Below, piece after piece: positions 26,346 through 34,220 of a DNA stretch of 44,085 nucleotides. The number at the start of each line of letters is the position of its first letter. Position 1 is the first letter of the stretch. The stretch covers positions 1-44,085 of the forward strand of contig CAZVYV010000001.1 in assembly GCA_964630985.1 (NCBI GenBank). The letters run 5' to 3'. The DNA comes from an uncultured Terracidiphilus sp. (GTDB lineage: Bacteria > Acidobacteriota > Terriglobia > Terriglobales > Acidobacteriaceae). Below the pieces are notes generated by a model that was not told the origin of the DNA, ran no database searches, and worked only from the letters and a program-made list of their open reading frames with translations. A program made the translations under genes and the position numbers.

Positions 26346-27527
26346 ATGAAATACGCTCGTTCACAATTCCTTTTGGGGCTCTTAAGCCTTTCGTTCTTTT
26401 GTCTGTCTGCTTGTTCGGCAGGGATTGTGAATGCAGGCGCCGGGTCAAATGGGTCCGGATCCGGATCATCAGGGTCTGGTTCATCGGGGTCAGGTTCAAG
26501 CGGTTCCGGTTCAAGCTCAGGCGGCTCTGGCTCGACAGGATCGGGATCAACTGGATCCGGTTCAGGCGGTTCCGGTTCAGGCGGTTCAGGGTCAGGTGGG
26601 TCCGGGTCAACGGGATCGGGATCAACTGGGTCAGGTTCGGGCGGCTCCGGGTCAGGTGGGTCCGGGTCAACAGGATCGGGGTCAACCGGGTCCGGTTCGG
26701 GCGGCTCCGGGTCAGGTGGGTCCGGGTCAACAGGCTCGGGATCAACTGGGTCAGGTTCAGGCGGTTCCGGGTCAGGTGGTTCTGGGTCAACGGGCTCGGG
26801 ATCAACTGGGTCAGGTTCAGGCGGCTCCGGCTCGACTGCATCTGGGCCGGTCGTCCCCTCTAACGCCATTAGCGTCAGCGGCATTCAGGCACTGAACAAC
26901 TGGGTTACCATCGACGATCCAGGAACCGATGGCTCCGCCACCGGCTCGATGTCGATGGTCGGCTCTCCATCGCTCAGTGGCAATGCCCTCGAGTTCTACA
27001 CCACCTACTCTTATTACGGCGGCGAACTCTACTACGCCTCCTTTGGCGAAGACACCACCCCCAGCAATTTCGTCTACGACGGTTGGGTTTACCTCGATAA
27101 TTCCTCTGGCTCCATAGCCAACCTGGAAATGGATATGAACCAAACGATGTCGAACGGGGAAACCGTCATCTTTGGATTCCAGTGCGATGGCTGGGCCGGC
27201 ACATGGGATTACACCGAAAATGCGGGCACGCCCGCAGCACCGATCGATCACTGGGTAAATTCCAGCGCCGCCTGCAATGCGCAAACGTGGGCTCAGAACA
27301 CCTGGCATCATGTCCAGGTCAGCTATTCGCGCGATGACTCCGGCAATGTCACCTATCAATCGGTGTGGCTCGATGGAAACCAGCAACAGATCAACGCCAC
27401 AGTGCCTTCCGCGTTCGCTCTTGGCTGGGTGCCCACGCTTCTCACGAACTTTCAGGTGGACAGCATCGCCCCCGGCTCGTCTACCAGCACCGTCTACCTC
27501 GACAACCTCACCATTTCACGCTGGTAA
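26346..27527 (+). CDS. Lipoprotein with a long Gly/Ser linker and a C-terminal ConA/GH16-like domain (paralog of the 20361-21959 C-terminus)
   Basis: Lipobox LSAC; (GSxGS)n linker; the last 227 aa match the 20361-21044 domain with about 32 substitutions. Confidence 0.8.
   Translation: MKYARSQFLLGLLSLSFFCLSACSAGIVNAGAGSNGSGSGSSGSGSSGSGSSGSGSSSGGSGSTGSGSTGSGSGGSGSGGSGSGGSGSTGSGSTGSGSGGSGSGGSGSTGSGSTGSGSGGSGSGGSGSTGSGSTGSGSGGSGSGGSGSTGSGSTGSGSGGSGSTASGPVVPSNAISVSGIQALNNWVTIDDPGTDGSATGSMSMVGSPSLSGNALEFYTTYSYYGGELYYASFGEDTTPSNFVYDGWVYLDNSSGSIANLEMDMNQTMSNGETVIFGFQCDGWAGTWDYTENAGTPAAPIDHWVNSSAACNAQTWAQNTWHHVQVSYSRDDSGNVTYQSVWLDGNQQQINATVPSAFALGWVPTLLTNFQVDSIAPGSSTSTVYLDNLTISRW
26446..26836 (+). 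repeat. Coding tandem repeat: GS(G/T/S)GS pentapeptides organised in 60-nt units
   Basis: Lines starting at 26581, 26641, 26701 and 26761 are nearly identical (gcggyTCmGGGTCAGGTGG...). Confidence 0.9.
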
Positions 27528-27558
27528 ACCGTCGGGGCGCCGATCCTGGCGGAGAACT

Positions 27559-28437
27559 TCAGTTCGCGGTGATTGCGTTCGCCGAGTATTGGGTTCCGTC
27601 GTAAATCGCTGTTACAGTTACATTCGCTTGGGTGCGGAGAGACTCGCTCGTCGGCAAGCGGGTGGAATCGAAGCTGATCTGGTAGCTCTTTCCGTCGCGC
27701 GGGTCGACTAGGACCATGATCCCTGTGTGCATGTCGAGGAAGGTGATATTCCCATTAAAGACAAATGCCGCACCAGGCACAGCCAAAACCTCGATTTGCG
27801 TGGCGACATTGCGGTGTGCAGCGCCCGATTCAAACGAGACCGAGATCAGACTCCCCGGCAGAAGATCAGATAACCCGGATTGGCTTGCTGTAAAATCGGG
27901 CTCGCCAATGCGCTCAATCCTCATATTGGCTTGAACAAGCAATTTGATCGGTGCCGGCGACATCGACGACGCAACTGTCAGCTCACCTGTATTCCGGTCG
28001 AACTTGAGCACCCGACCGTCACACTCACCTTCTTGCGATCCCGACAGGATATGGATGCTGACTGCGAACACACTGGCTCCATCCAGAGTCGTCTGAACAG
28101 AAGCGTGGTCTTCGGGACCCAAGTCGCGCACCGGAATCCTCACCCCATCGCGATAGACCTGGGTCCGCTCGTCGAAAAGAATCTTCATTGGCCGCTGGCC
28201 ATAAATTTGAAGCGAGAACTGGTCTCGAACTGGATCGAAACTTCGGATCTCACCTCCCAAGATTGTCGTTTTTCCGGGCGGAAGCGGCGGAAGAGAACCT
28301 GAGTCGTCGGATAGGTTGGATAGATTGTCAGGCTTAGCCGTTGGTTTCGAGCTCACCAATTGCTGCGAGTGTGCGCAAGCCACCACAGACGTCATCGCGG
28401 CACCGCAGAATATCAACACTGCACAGGTCCTCTTCAT
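27559..28437 (-). CDS. Exported protein with three OB-fold/DUF5666-like repeats; start re-assigned to ATG at 28437
   Basis: Signal peptide; three similar units of the form G.I..fD...g.l.v......i.fD..T......L..g..vsV. Confidence 0.55.
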   Translation of the reverse strand: MKRTCAVLIFCGAAMTSVVACAHSQQLVSSKPTAKPDNLSNLSDDSGSLPPLPPGKTTILGGEIRSFDPVRDQFSLQIYGQRPMKILFDERTQVYRDGVRIPVRDLGPEDHASVQTTLDGASVFAVSIHILSGSQEGECDGRVLKFDRNTGELTVASSMSPAPIKLLVQANMRIERIGEPDFTASQSGLSDLLPGSLISVSFESGAAHRNVATQIEVLAVPGAAFVFNGNITFLDMHTGIMVLVDPRDGKSYQISFDSTRLPTSESLRTQANVTVTAIYDGTQYSANAITAN

Positions 28438-28620
28438 ATCGCACCGTTCCAGTGACAAACTCTCAACAGTCTATTGAATTTAGATGATCCTTCGTCACTT
28501 CCGGTGGCCTCGGAGCGCTCACTTGGAGAGGCAACGGGGGTAGGCCTGACGCATCTAACCATGTGTGTCACCGCGAAGGCGCTGTGAGCCGGCCTATTGT
28601 CGGCAGTGATGAGAGGAACA

Positions 28621-29799
28621 ATGCGTTTCAGCTCACGCAAACCCGTGCTAACCATCGCCGCGCTGCTGGGCCTCGGGTTCCATCCTGCGTGGGCGCGAGA
28701 TACCATCACGATCACTATCCCCAGGCACACCAATCTGACTTTGGTTCAGCGCCTGAACCGCGAGGGTGTCCTCGCGGTTAAAAAGCATGACTACGCGACC
28801 GCAGCTAATTTGTTCTACAAGGCTTATCTTTTTGATCCTTCCGACCCCTTTACCTTGAATAACCTTGGCTACATATCTGAGTTAGAAGGGCAACTGGATC
28901 GTGCGATCAAATTCTACAAACTTGCCGCCCAGCAAGGCAGCAACGCGAATATCGATTTGAGCAGCGTAAGGAGCCTCCAGGGCCAGCCCATGCAGGCTGC
29001 ATTCAGCGGTCTTGAGGATGTCCCAATGCGGGTGAATCGGCTGAACCTCGAAGCAGTCAATCTGCTGTCGGAGGGTCGAACCTTCGAAGCTGCGGGTCTT
29101 CTTCAACAGGCTCTGACTCTCGATCCCCGGGATCCGTTCACGCTGAATAATCTTGGTGCCGTCGATGAGGCAATTGGGAACCTTGGCGCGGCGATGAAGT
29201 ATTACACCGCGGCCGCTTACTCACGCTCTTCTGAGTCCGTCGCCGTCACCCAGATCAAATCGTGGCGGGGAAAGTCAGTGAGCGAGATGGCCGCGGCCAA
29301 TGTCATGCGGCTCGAAGGCCGATCCCAGGGAAGCGATTCCCGTGAGATGCAAGCCGACGTGCTCAGCGAACAGGGAGTATCCGCGGAAAATGAAAACGAC
29401 TGGTCCACAGCGAAGCGCGATTTCATGCAGGCCTACGCCCTCGACCCCGCCAATGCATTCTCGCTGAATAACCGCGGTTATGTAGCCGAACGTGATGGCG
29501 ATCTCGAGTCCGCTCAATTCTTTTATCAGAAAGCTCGGCAGGCTGATGGCGCCGGCCTTCCAGTCGGGCTAGCGACCAGCCCGTCGGCAAAGGGAAAAGC
29601 GCTCTCACAAGTTGCCGCGCAAAGCGACACTCAGGTGGATGAAGCGATTGATATCTTCAGTCGCCAACGTCGTGGGCAGCCCGGTTCCGTAGAGCTTACG
29701 CCTCGAGGCGCCGGTGCGGCCGGTGCTCCGAGTGCGACACCAGATCAGCCCTCCGCGCCCGATGCGCAACCACCTGTCGCTCCAGAAGACCAACACTGA
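28621..29799 (+). CDS. Exported TPR-repeat protein; start re-assigned to ATG at 28621
   Basis: GAGAGGA SD; signal peptide AWA-R; three units with (L/A)DPxD/NPF(T/S)LNN(L/R)G. Confidence 0.8.
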   Translation: MRFSSRKPVLTIAALLGLGFHPAWARDTITITIPRHTNLTLVQRLNREGVLAVKKHDYATAANLFYKAYLFDPSDPFTLNNLGYISELEGQLDRAIKFYKLAAQQGSNANIDLSSVRSLQGQPMQAAFSGLEDVPMRVNRLNLEAVNLLSEGRTFEAAGLLQQALTLDPRDPFTLNNLGAVDEAIGNLGAAMKYYTAAAYSRSSESVAVTQIKSWRGKSVSEMAAANVMRLEGRSQGSDSREMQADVLSEQGVSAENENDWSTAKRDFMQAYALDPANAFSLNNRGYVAERDGDLESAQFFYQKARQADGAGLPVGLATSPSAKGKALSQVAAQSDTQVDEAIDIFSRQRRGQPGSVELTPRGAGAAGAPSATPDQPSAPDAQPPVAPEDQH

Positions 29800-29819
29800 T
29801 TCATAGAGGGTCAACAGCA

Positions 29820-30926
29820 ATGAGCACAAGCGTCGCACAGTTTCCACCGGTCGGCTCCATGATTTATCTCTCTCGGCTCTTGCTGCAGCCGGCCAGCAGC
29901 GGCATTCGCTCTTCGCCGGCGCCCGATGCTCCGGCCCTCATGCCTTCTCGAGATCAGTTCGGAGACATTCTCGCTTTGGCCCATTTGAACCATGTCGACG
30001 TTCGCTGGCTTGAGATGTTTCTCAAACTGGCGCGCAAGCAACCTAATCTTGACTGGTTTCAGCTGGCCGATAGCGCGCTTTCATCTGAAAAGGCGCGCAT
30101 TGCGGGCGCCCTCAACGTTCTGCATGAAGTTTGCGCAGCCTTCCGAAATCGCGAATATGCGGTCATGGTGATTAAGACTCTCGATCACTGGCCGGACTTT
30201 GGAAGCGATATGGATCTTTTCACCACCGCCGAACCCAATGAAGTCTTCCTGCTGATGGCAGAATGTTTCAACGCGCATCTCGCGCCGCGCAGTTGGGGCG
30301 ACCATCTCGCTAACAAGTGGAATTTCCTTATCCCCGGCCTCCCCGAGCCTATCGAAATTCATGTACGCCGGCTCGGCCAGACCGGTGAACAGGTCGCGAT
30401 CGCTTCCTCACTTACAACACGCGCTTGGCAGATTGATGCGGGCGGCTACCGATTCAAGGTTCCATCCATTCCCGACCGTTTGATCATTTCAACGCTGCAG
30501 CGCATGTACCGGCATTTCAATATTCGGCTTTGTGACATCATTGACACCGCCGCCATTGCCGATGCCGGCCTGATCGATTACGACCGGTTGAGCGTATTGG
30601 CTGAGTCTGCTGGCATCTGGGAAGGGGTCGCGACTTATCTCGCAATCATTTCCGACTATGTGAAGGGCTATCGTGGCGCTGCCCTCAACTTACCCCACTT
30701 CGTCCTCGACGCAGCACGATTTCGTGGCGCCGAGATTTTCTACCACCGAGGCTTCTTGCGGGTTCCGCTCATGCCGCACTCCGCCCGGCTCTACGGGTCC
30801 GAAATGGCGCATGTCTTGGGTCGCGGAGAATTGCAAAACTGTGCTCGCTTAAGTCTGTTGCCCCTGCTTGGCACTGCTGCCATGGCGGCACAGAGAATCA
30901 CCGGCAGCGATAAAGGCATCTGGTAA
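29820..30926 (+). CDS. Uncharacterised nucleotidyltransferase-fold protein (NTP_transf_5-like)
   Basis: MVIK....PDFGSDMDLF (GS-DxD) and IEIH motifs; RLCD in the C-terminal half. Confidence 0.65.
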   Translation: MSTSVAQFPPVGSMIYLSRLLLQPASSGIRSSPAPDAPALMPSRDQFGDILALAHLNHVDVRWLEMFLKLARKQPNLDWFQLADSALSSEKARIAGALNVLHEVCAAFRNREYAVMVIKTLDHWPDFGSDMDLFTTAEPNEVFLLMAECFNAHLAPRSWGDHLANKWNFLIPGLPEPIEIHVRRLGQTGEQVAIASSLTTRAWQIDAGGYRFKVPSIPDRLIISTLQRMYRHFNIRLCDIIDTAAIADAGLIDYDRLSVLAESAGIWEGVATYLAIISDYVKGYRGAALNLPHFVLDAARFRGAEIFYHRGFLRVPLMPHSARLYGSEMAHVLGRGELQNCARLSLLPLLGTAAMAAQRITGSDKGIW

Positions 30927-31058
30927 GCCGGCGAATGAAGAGTTGTAACAGAAGTGTTGGAGAAGTGATCAATGGGCCGGATCATCGCATGAAACCTATT
31001 AGGCCTGTTGATTGGACGAGCCAAGGGACGATGCGGGACTAACGAAGGATAAATACCT

Positions 31059-32093
31059 ATGGGCAATTTGATCATAAGACTTCAGGGACCTGCCTCACGT
31101 TCGAACCGCCCGGCCAATTCATCCCGCGGCGGCGCGCCCGTGCAATATTCATATAGCCGTTCATCAGCTGCCCTGGAACTCCGCGACACGTCTTCCCCGC
31201 AGCCTCAATTCGTACCTCAATCACTCCCTGCGCGTGGTCGCGCATCGCTCGTGCCGCGGGGCAATTCCATGTTCCTGGGCCTCGACCAGCGAATCCGCCG
31301 CCGCTCCCGCAGCTCGACCGTTGTCTCGGTCTTGCTGCATGTAGCACTCATCGCCGGAGTCTTGTGGCTCGCAATGGTGGTTCACAACCCCGTCGTTGAC
31401 ACTGCACAAACGGTTGCGCCTATCCAATTCACTCTCTACGATCCCCCTCCGCCGCCTGTCATGCCGGTCGTTAAGGTCCGCGGCGGCGGTGGCGGCGGTG
31501 GTGCGCATCAATTGGTCGCTCCAGTCCGTGGATCCCTGCCGAAGGTGGTCGCGAGAACGCCGCTCATTCCGCTAGAGCCCCCCAAAATCAACACTCCGAA
31601 ACTGTTGATTCAACCCGCCGCCACAGTGAGATTGCCTCAGGACAACCCAATGCCCACTCTCGGCGCTCCCCACTCCCAGCAGGTGGCTATGGCTTCGCAG
31701 GGTCAAGGCGGTCCCAACGGTTTTGGTTTCGGTCTTGGCGGTGGCGTTGGTTCAGGCCACGGCACCGGACAAGGACCGGGCAGCAACCAGGGCTATGGTG
31801 GCGGCATCATGAGCGTCGGTGGTGGCGTCAGCGCACCCGAGGTCATCCACTCCGTTCAGCCGCAGTTCACCGCGGAGGCTCGGAGTCAGAATTTTCAGGG
31901 TGTTGTGGCAGTTCAACTCATCGTCGACTCGCAAGGCGTCCCTCAGGATGTCAGCGTGGTCCGTCACCTCGGCATGGGACTTGACGAAGAGGCAATCGCA
32001 GCGGTCAAGCAATACAGATTCAGGCCTGCCACATATGAGGGCCATTCCGTATCCGTGAAGATGGTGATCGACGTGGACTTCCGCCTCGATTGA
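31059..32093 (+). CDS. TonB family energy transducer
   Basis: TM anchor SVLLHVAL, Pro/Gly-rich linker, C-terminal PEVIHSVQPQFTAEAR...GLDEEAIAAVKQYRFRPA...VDFRL. Confidence 0.9.
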   Translation: MGNLIIRLQGPASRSNRPANSSRGGAPVQYSYSRSSAALELRDTSSPQPQFVPQSLPARGRASLVPRGNSMFLGLDQRIRRRSRSSTVVSVLLHVALIAGVLWLAMVVHNPVVDTAQTVAPIQFTLYDPPPPPVMPVVKVRGGGGGGGAHQLVAPVRGSLPKVVARTPLIPLEPPKINTPKLLIQPAATVRLPQDNPMPTLGAPHSQQVAMASQGQGGPNGFGFGLGGGVGSGHGTGQGPGSNQGYGGGIMSVGGGVSAPEVIHSVQPQFTAEARSQNFQGVVAVQLIVDSQGVPQDVSVVRHLGMGLDEEAIAAVKQYRFRPATYEGHSVSVKMVIDVDFRLD

Positions 32094-32290
32094 TCACCGG
32101 ACGACGCCAAGGTAATACGGCCGATCCGACACCCCCGCTGTTGCCGCCCAGTTTGAAGGGTGCAGCCATCAGGGTGAGGGATACGAGCTATCACCCGCAC
32201 ATCAGTGCCGGGTTCAGTCCGCACATTCGTTAACCAGCCGCGATGCGGGCCTTAGTACCCGGATGAATGGCTTTTCTTAAACTGAACCCT

Positions 32291-33535
32291 TTATTGTTCC
32301 GCGTCCTGCACCGTTTTCGTCTGCTGTCCCGCTACCGGCTCGGTCCCCTGTTCCGTCTTCGGGTAGTAGCCCCGCTTCGTCCTCGCCAGCATTGGGCCAT
32401 GACGCGGGGAAACTGCCTCGACACGCACGGAGCGGTAGCCGCCCTGGGTGAACGGCTTCGATGAGTGGTAATCAACCACGTATTGCTCGCGAATGTCCCT
32501 CGCCACTTCCACCGCAATGCTGTTCACGTCTGCCATCGATCGCGCGAAGTAGGCCACGCCGCCTGTCTCCTGTGACAGTCGCTCAAGGTCATTTCTGGCT
32601 TGCTCGGATTCCTGTGGCTCGTCGTCGAAGAGCAGTCCGATGGTATAGACGACGGGCCCCGCCAGGCCTTCCACGCGCCGGATTGCGTCTTGCAGGTTGA
32701 GCCTCGATGCATTGTCTGCTCCATCGGTAATAATCAGCAGCACCTGCTTTCGATTCTTGCCGTATTTAGCCAGCTGGTCCGCGGAGGCGGCAACCGCATC
32801 GTACAAAGCAGTGGTGCCTGCGGGATCGAAGCGCGACATTCCACGACTCAGTGCCACCCGGTCCGTTGTGAATCCCTGGTCGAGATAGGGGCGGTCTGAG
32901 AAGTTGACGACAAATGCCTCATCCTCTGGATTGGAATCATTCAACAGGTGGTACGCGGCGGCATTCACAGTCCCGCGCTTGTCTCGCATGGAGCCGGAGT
33001 CGTCGATCAGGATGCCCATGGATACGGGCAGATCCAAGTGTTGAGCCGAATTAACAGTCTGTGGAACCCCATCTTCCCAGACGCGAAAATCGTCTCGGGT
33101 CAAATCCATCACAGGTTGACCCTTCGCGTCCATTACTGCGCAGTTCAGCAGCACCTCATCCACATTCGCATGCAGGACGTACACGCCATTTTGCTGCTTC
33201 TCAATTCCGGGGGCCTGATTCCCACTGGCTGAATTCCCGGTTCGGCTCGCGCCATTCGCGGCAGGCGCACTCAATGAAGTCGGCGGTAGAGCAGTTGGTG
33301 TCGGGGGCACATCCAGATCCGGTGACGGAATGGGGTCCCGGTCCGTATCGAGCGGCGGCTGAATCTCCGGCCGCGTTGGATCGTTCTTGGCGGCCTGATT
33401 CGCGGCTTGCGCCTGCGGAGCCGGCGAAACAACGGTCTGCGAGGATAAAGCCGCCCCACCCCATCCGAGCAGCAAAAGAGCAGCAAAAATCGGCCGGCGC
33501 GCAAAGTGCTTTTTCAGCAAGGAAGTCAAGGTCAT
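32291..33535 (-). CDS. VWA-domain protein, Acidobacterial VWFA-related type; start re-assigned to ATG at 33535
   Basis: MIDAS motif DDSGS, TALYDA, ITDGADNAS; L..DDF.V.EDGVPQ and ETGG motifs; QY...Y. Confidence 0.88.
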   Translation of the reverse strand: MTLTSLLKKHFARRPIFAALLLLGWGGAALSSQTVVSPAPQAQAANQAAKNDPTRPEIQPPLDTDRDPIPSPDLDVPPTPTALPPTSLSAPAANGASRTGNSASGNQAPGIEKQQNGVYVLHANVDEVLLNCAVMDAKGQPVMDLTRDDFRVWEDGVPQTVNSAQHLDLPVSMGILIDDSGSMRDKRGTVNAAAYHLLNDSNPEDEAFVVNFSDRPYLDQGFTTDRVALSRGMSRFDPAGTTALYDAVAASADQLAKYGKNRKQVLLIITDGADNASRLNLQDAIRRVEGLAGPVVYTIGLLFDDEPQESEQARNDLERLSQETGGVAYFARSMADVNSIAVEVARDIREQYVVDYHSSKPFTQGGYRSVRVEAVSPRHGPMLARTKRGYYPKTEQGTEPVAGQQTKTVQDAEQ

Positions 33536-33720
33536 AGTCGTCGGCGAACGATAGGCAACGCCTTTTATATTGGATGCAGATAGCGGCTGGTGCAGCACGG
33601 TCGAAACCCGATCTTTATTCGGCCTGGTCGATCATCCGGGTCCCGTAAGTTGTTCAGGCCACAGTCCCTCCCGACCCTTTTTCGGCAAGCCCCGCGCCGG
33701 TAGCCCGTCTCGGCGTTCGC

Positions 33721-34206
33721 TCACTGCTGCCGGCGATCGGGAGGCACGTTCTTCAGCTGATTCCCCAAGGTCAGCAGAAATCGATTGATCAGCGCTACGC
33801 TGCGGCGCAGTTCCGGCTGACGGAACTCACTGAGGAGCGCAAAGAGCCCCGGGGGTTCGATGACAGGCTTGCGCTCGCTGCCGAGCGTTTGACCCGCAGC
33901 CACGGCAACGCACTCAAGCAGGTCAGGGTTGATAGAGCTGAGCATCTGGCCGAGGATCAGCAGATTGCGCAATGCGCGCGAGCCTTGTGGCGATCTGGCA
34001 GCGCCCACGGCGTGTTCAAGGATCTCGTCACCTGCGCTCAGCGTGCCGCGCAGGAGTTGAAGGATTCCGGCCTGGTGTAATTGTTCAAGAAGTTCGTAGC
34101 TGTCGAGCAATGCCTCTGCGTGCTCCTGCGGAGCGCTTTCGAGGCGGTCAAGCAGTTCCTTGCGCGGATCGCGCGGCGGCAGGTCAAGAGGGATTGGTTG
34201 AGCCAT
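33721..34206 (-). CDS. DUF1641 family protein (YjgD/ForE-like partner of formate dehydrogenase); start re-assigned to ATG at 34206
   Basis: MAQPI start with GGGAGG SD; C-terminal PPGLFALL...PELRR; directly downstream of the fdhF-like gene. Confidence 0.8.
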   Translation of the reverse strand: MAQPIPLDLPPRDPRKELLDRLESAPQEHAEALLDSYELLEQLHQAGILQLLRGTLSAGDEILEHAVGAARSPQGSRALRNLLILGQMLSSINPDLLECVAVAAGQTLGSERKPVIEPPGLFALLSEFRQPELRRSVALINRFLLTLGNQLKNVPPDRRQQ

Positions 34207-34220
34207 CGGCGTTCCTCCCG

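Noticed and set aside
26446-26836. Possible CRISPR array
   Set aside because: The repeats are contiguous, in-frame coding units with no unique spacers, and no cas genes are present
26180-26895. Pro/Asp/Glu-rich, Arg-rich and Gln-rich repeat ORFs
   Set aside because: These are antisense and alternate-frame shadows of the Gly/Ser linker; the + frame has the lipobox and the conserved domain
29820-30926. Lasso-peptide gene cluster suggested by the NTP_transf_5-like gene
   Set aside because: No asparagine-synthetase-like cyclase, B protein, PqqD-like protein or precursor was found in the window
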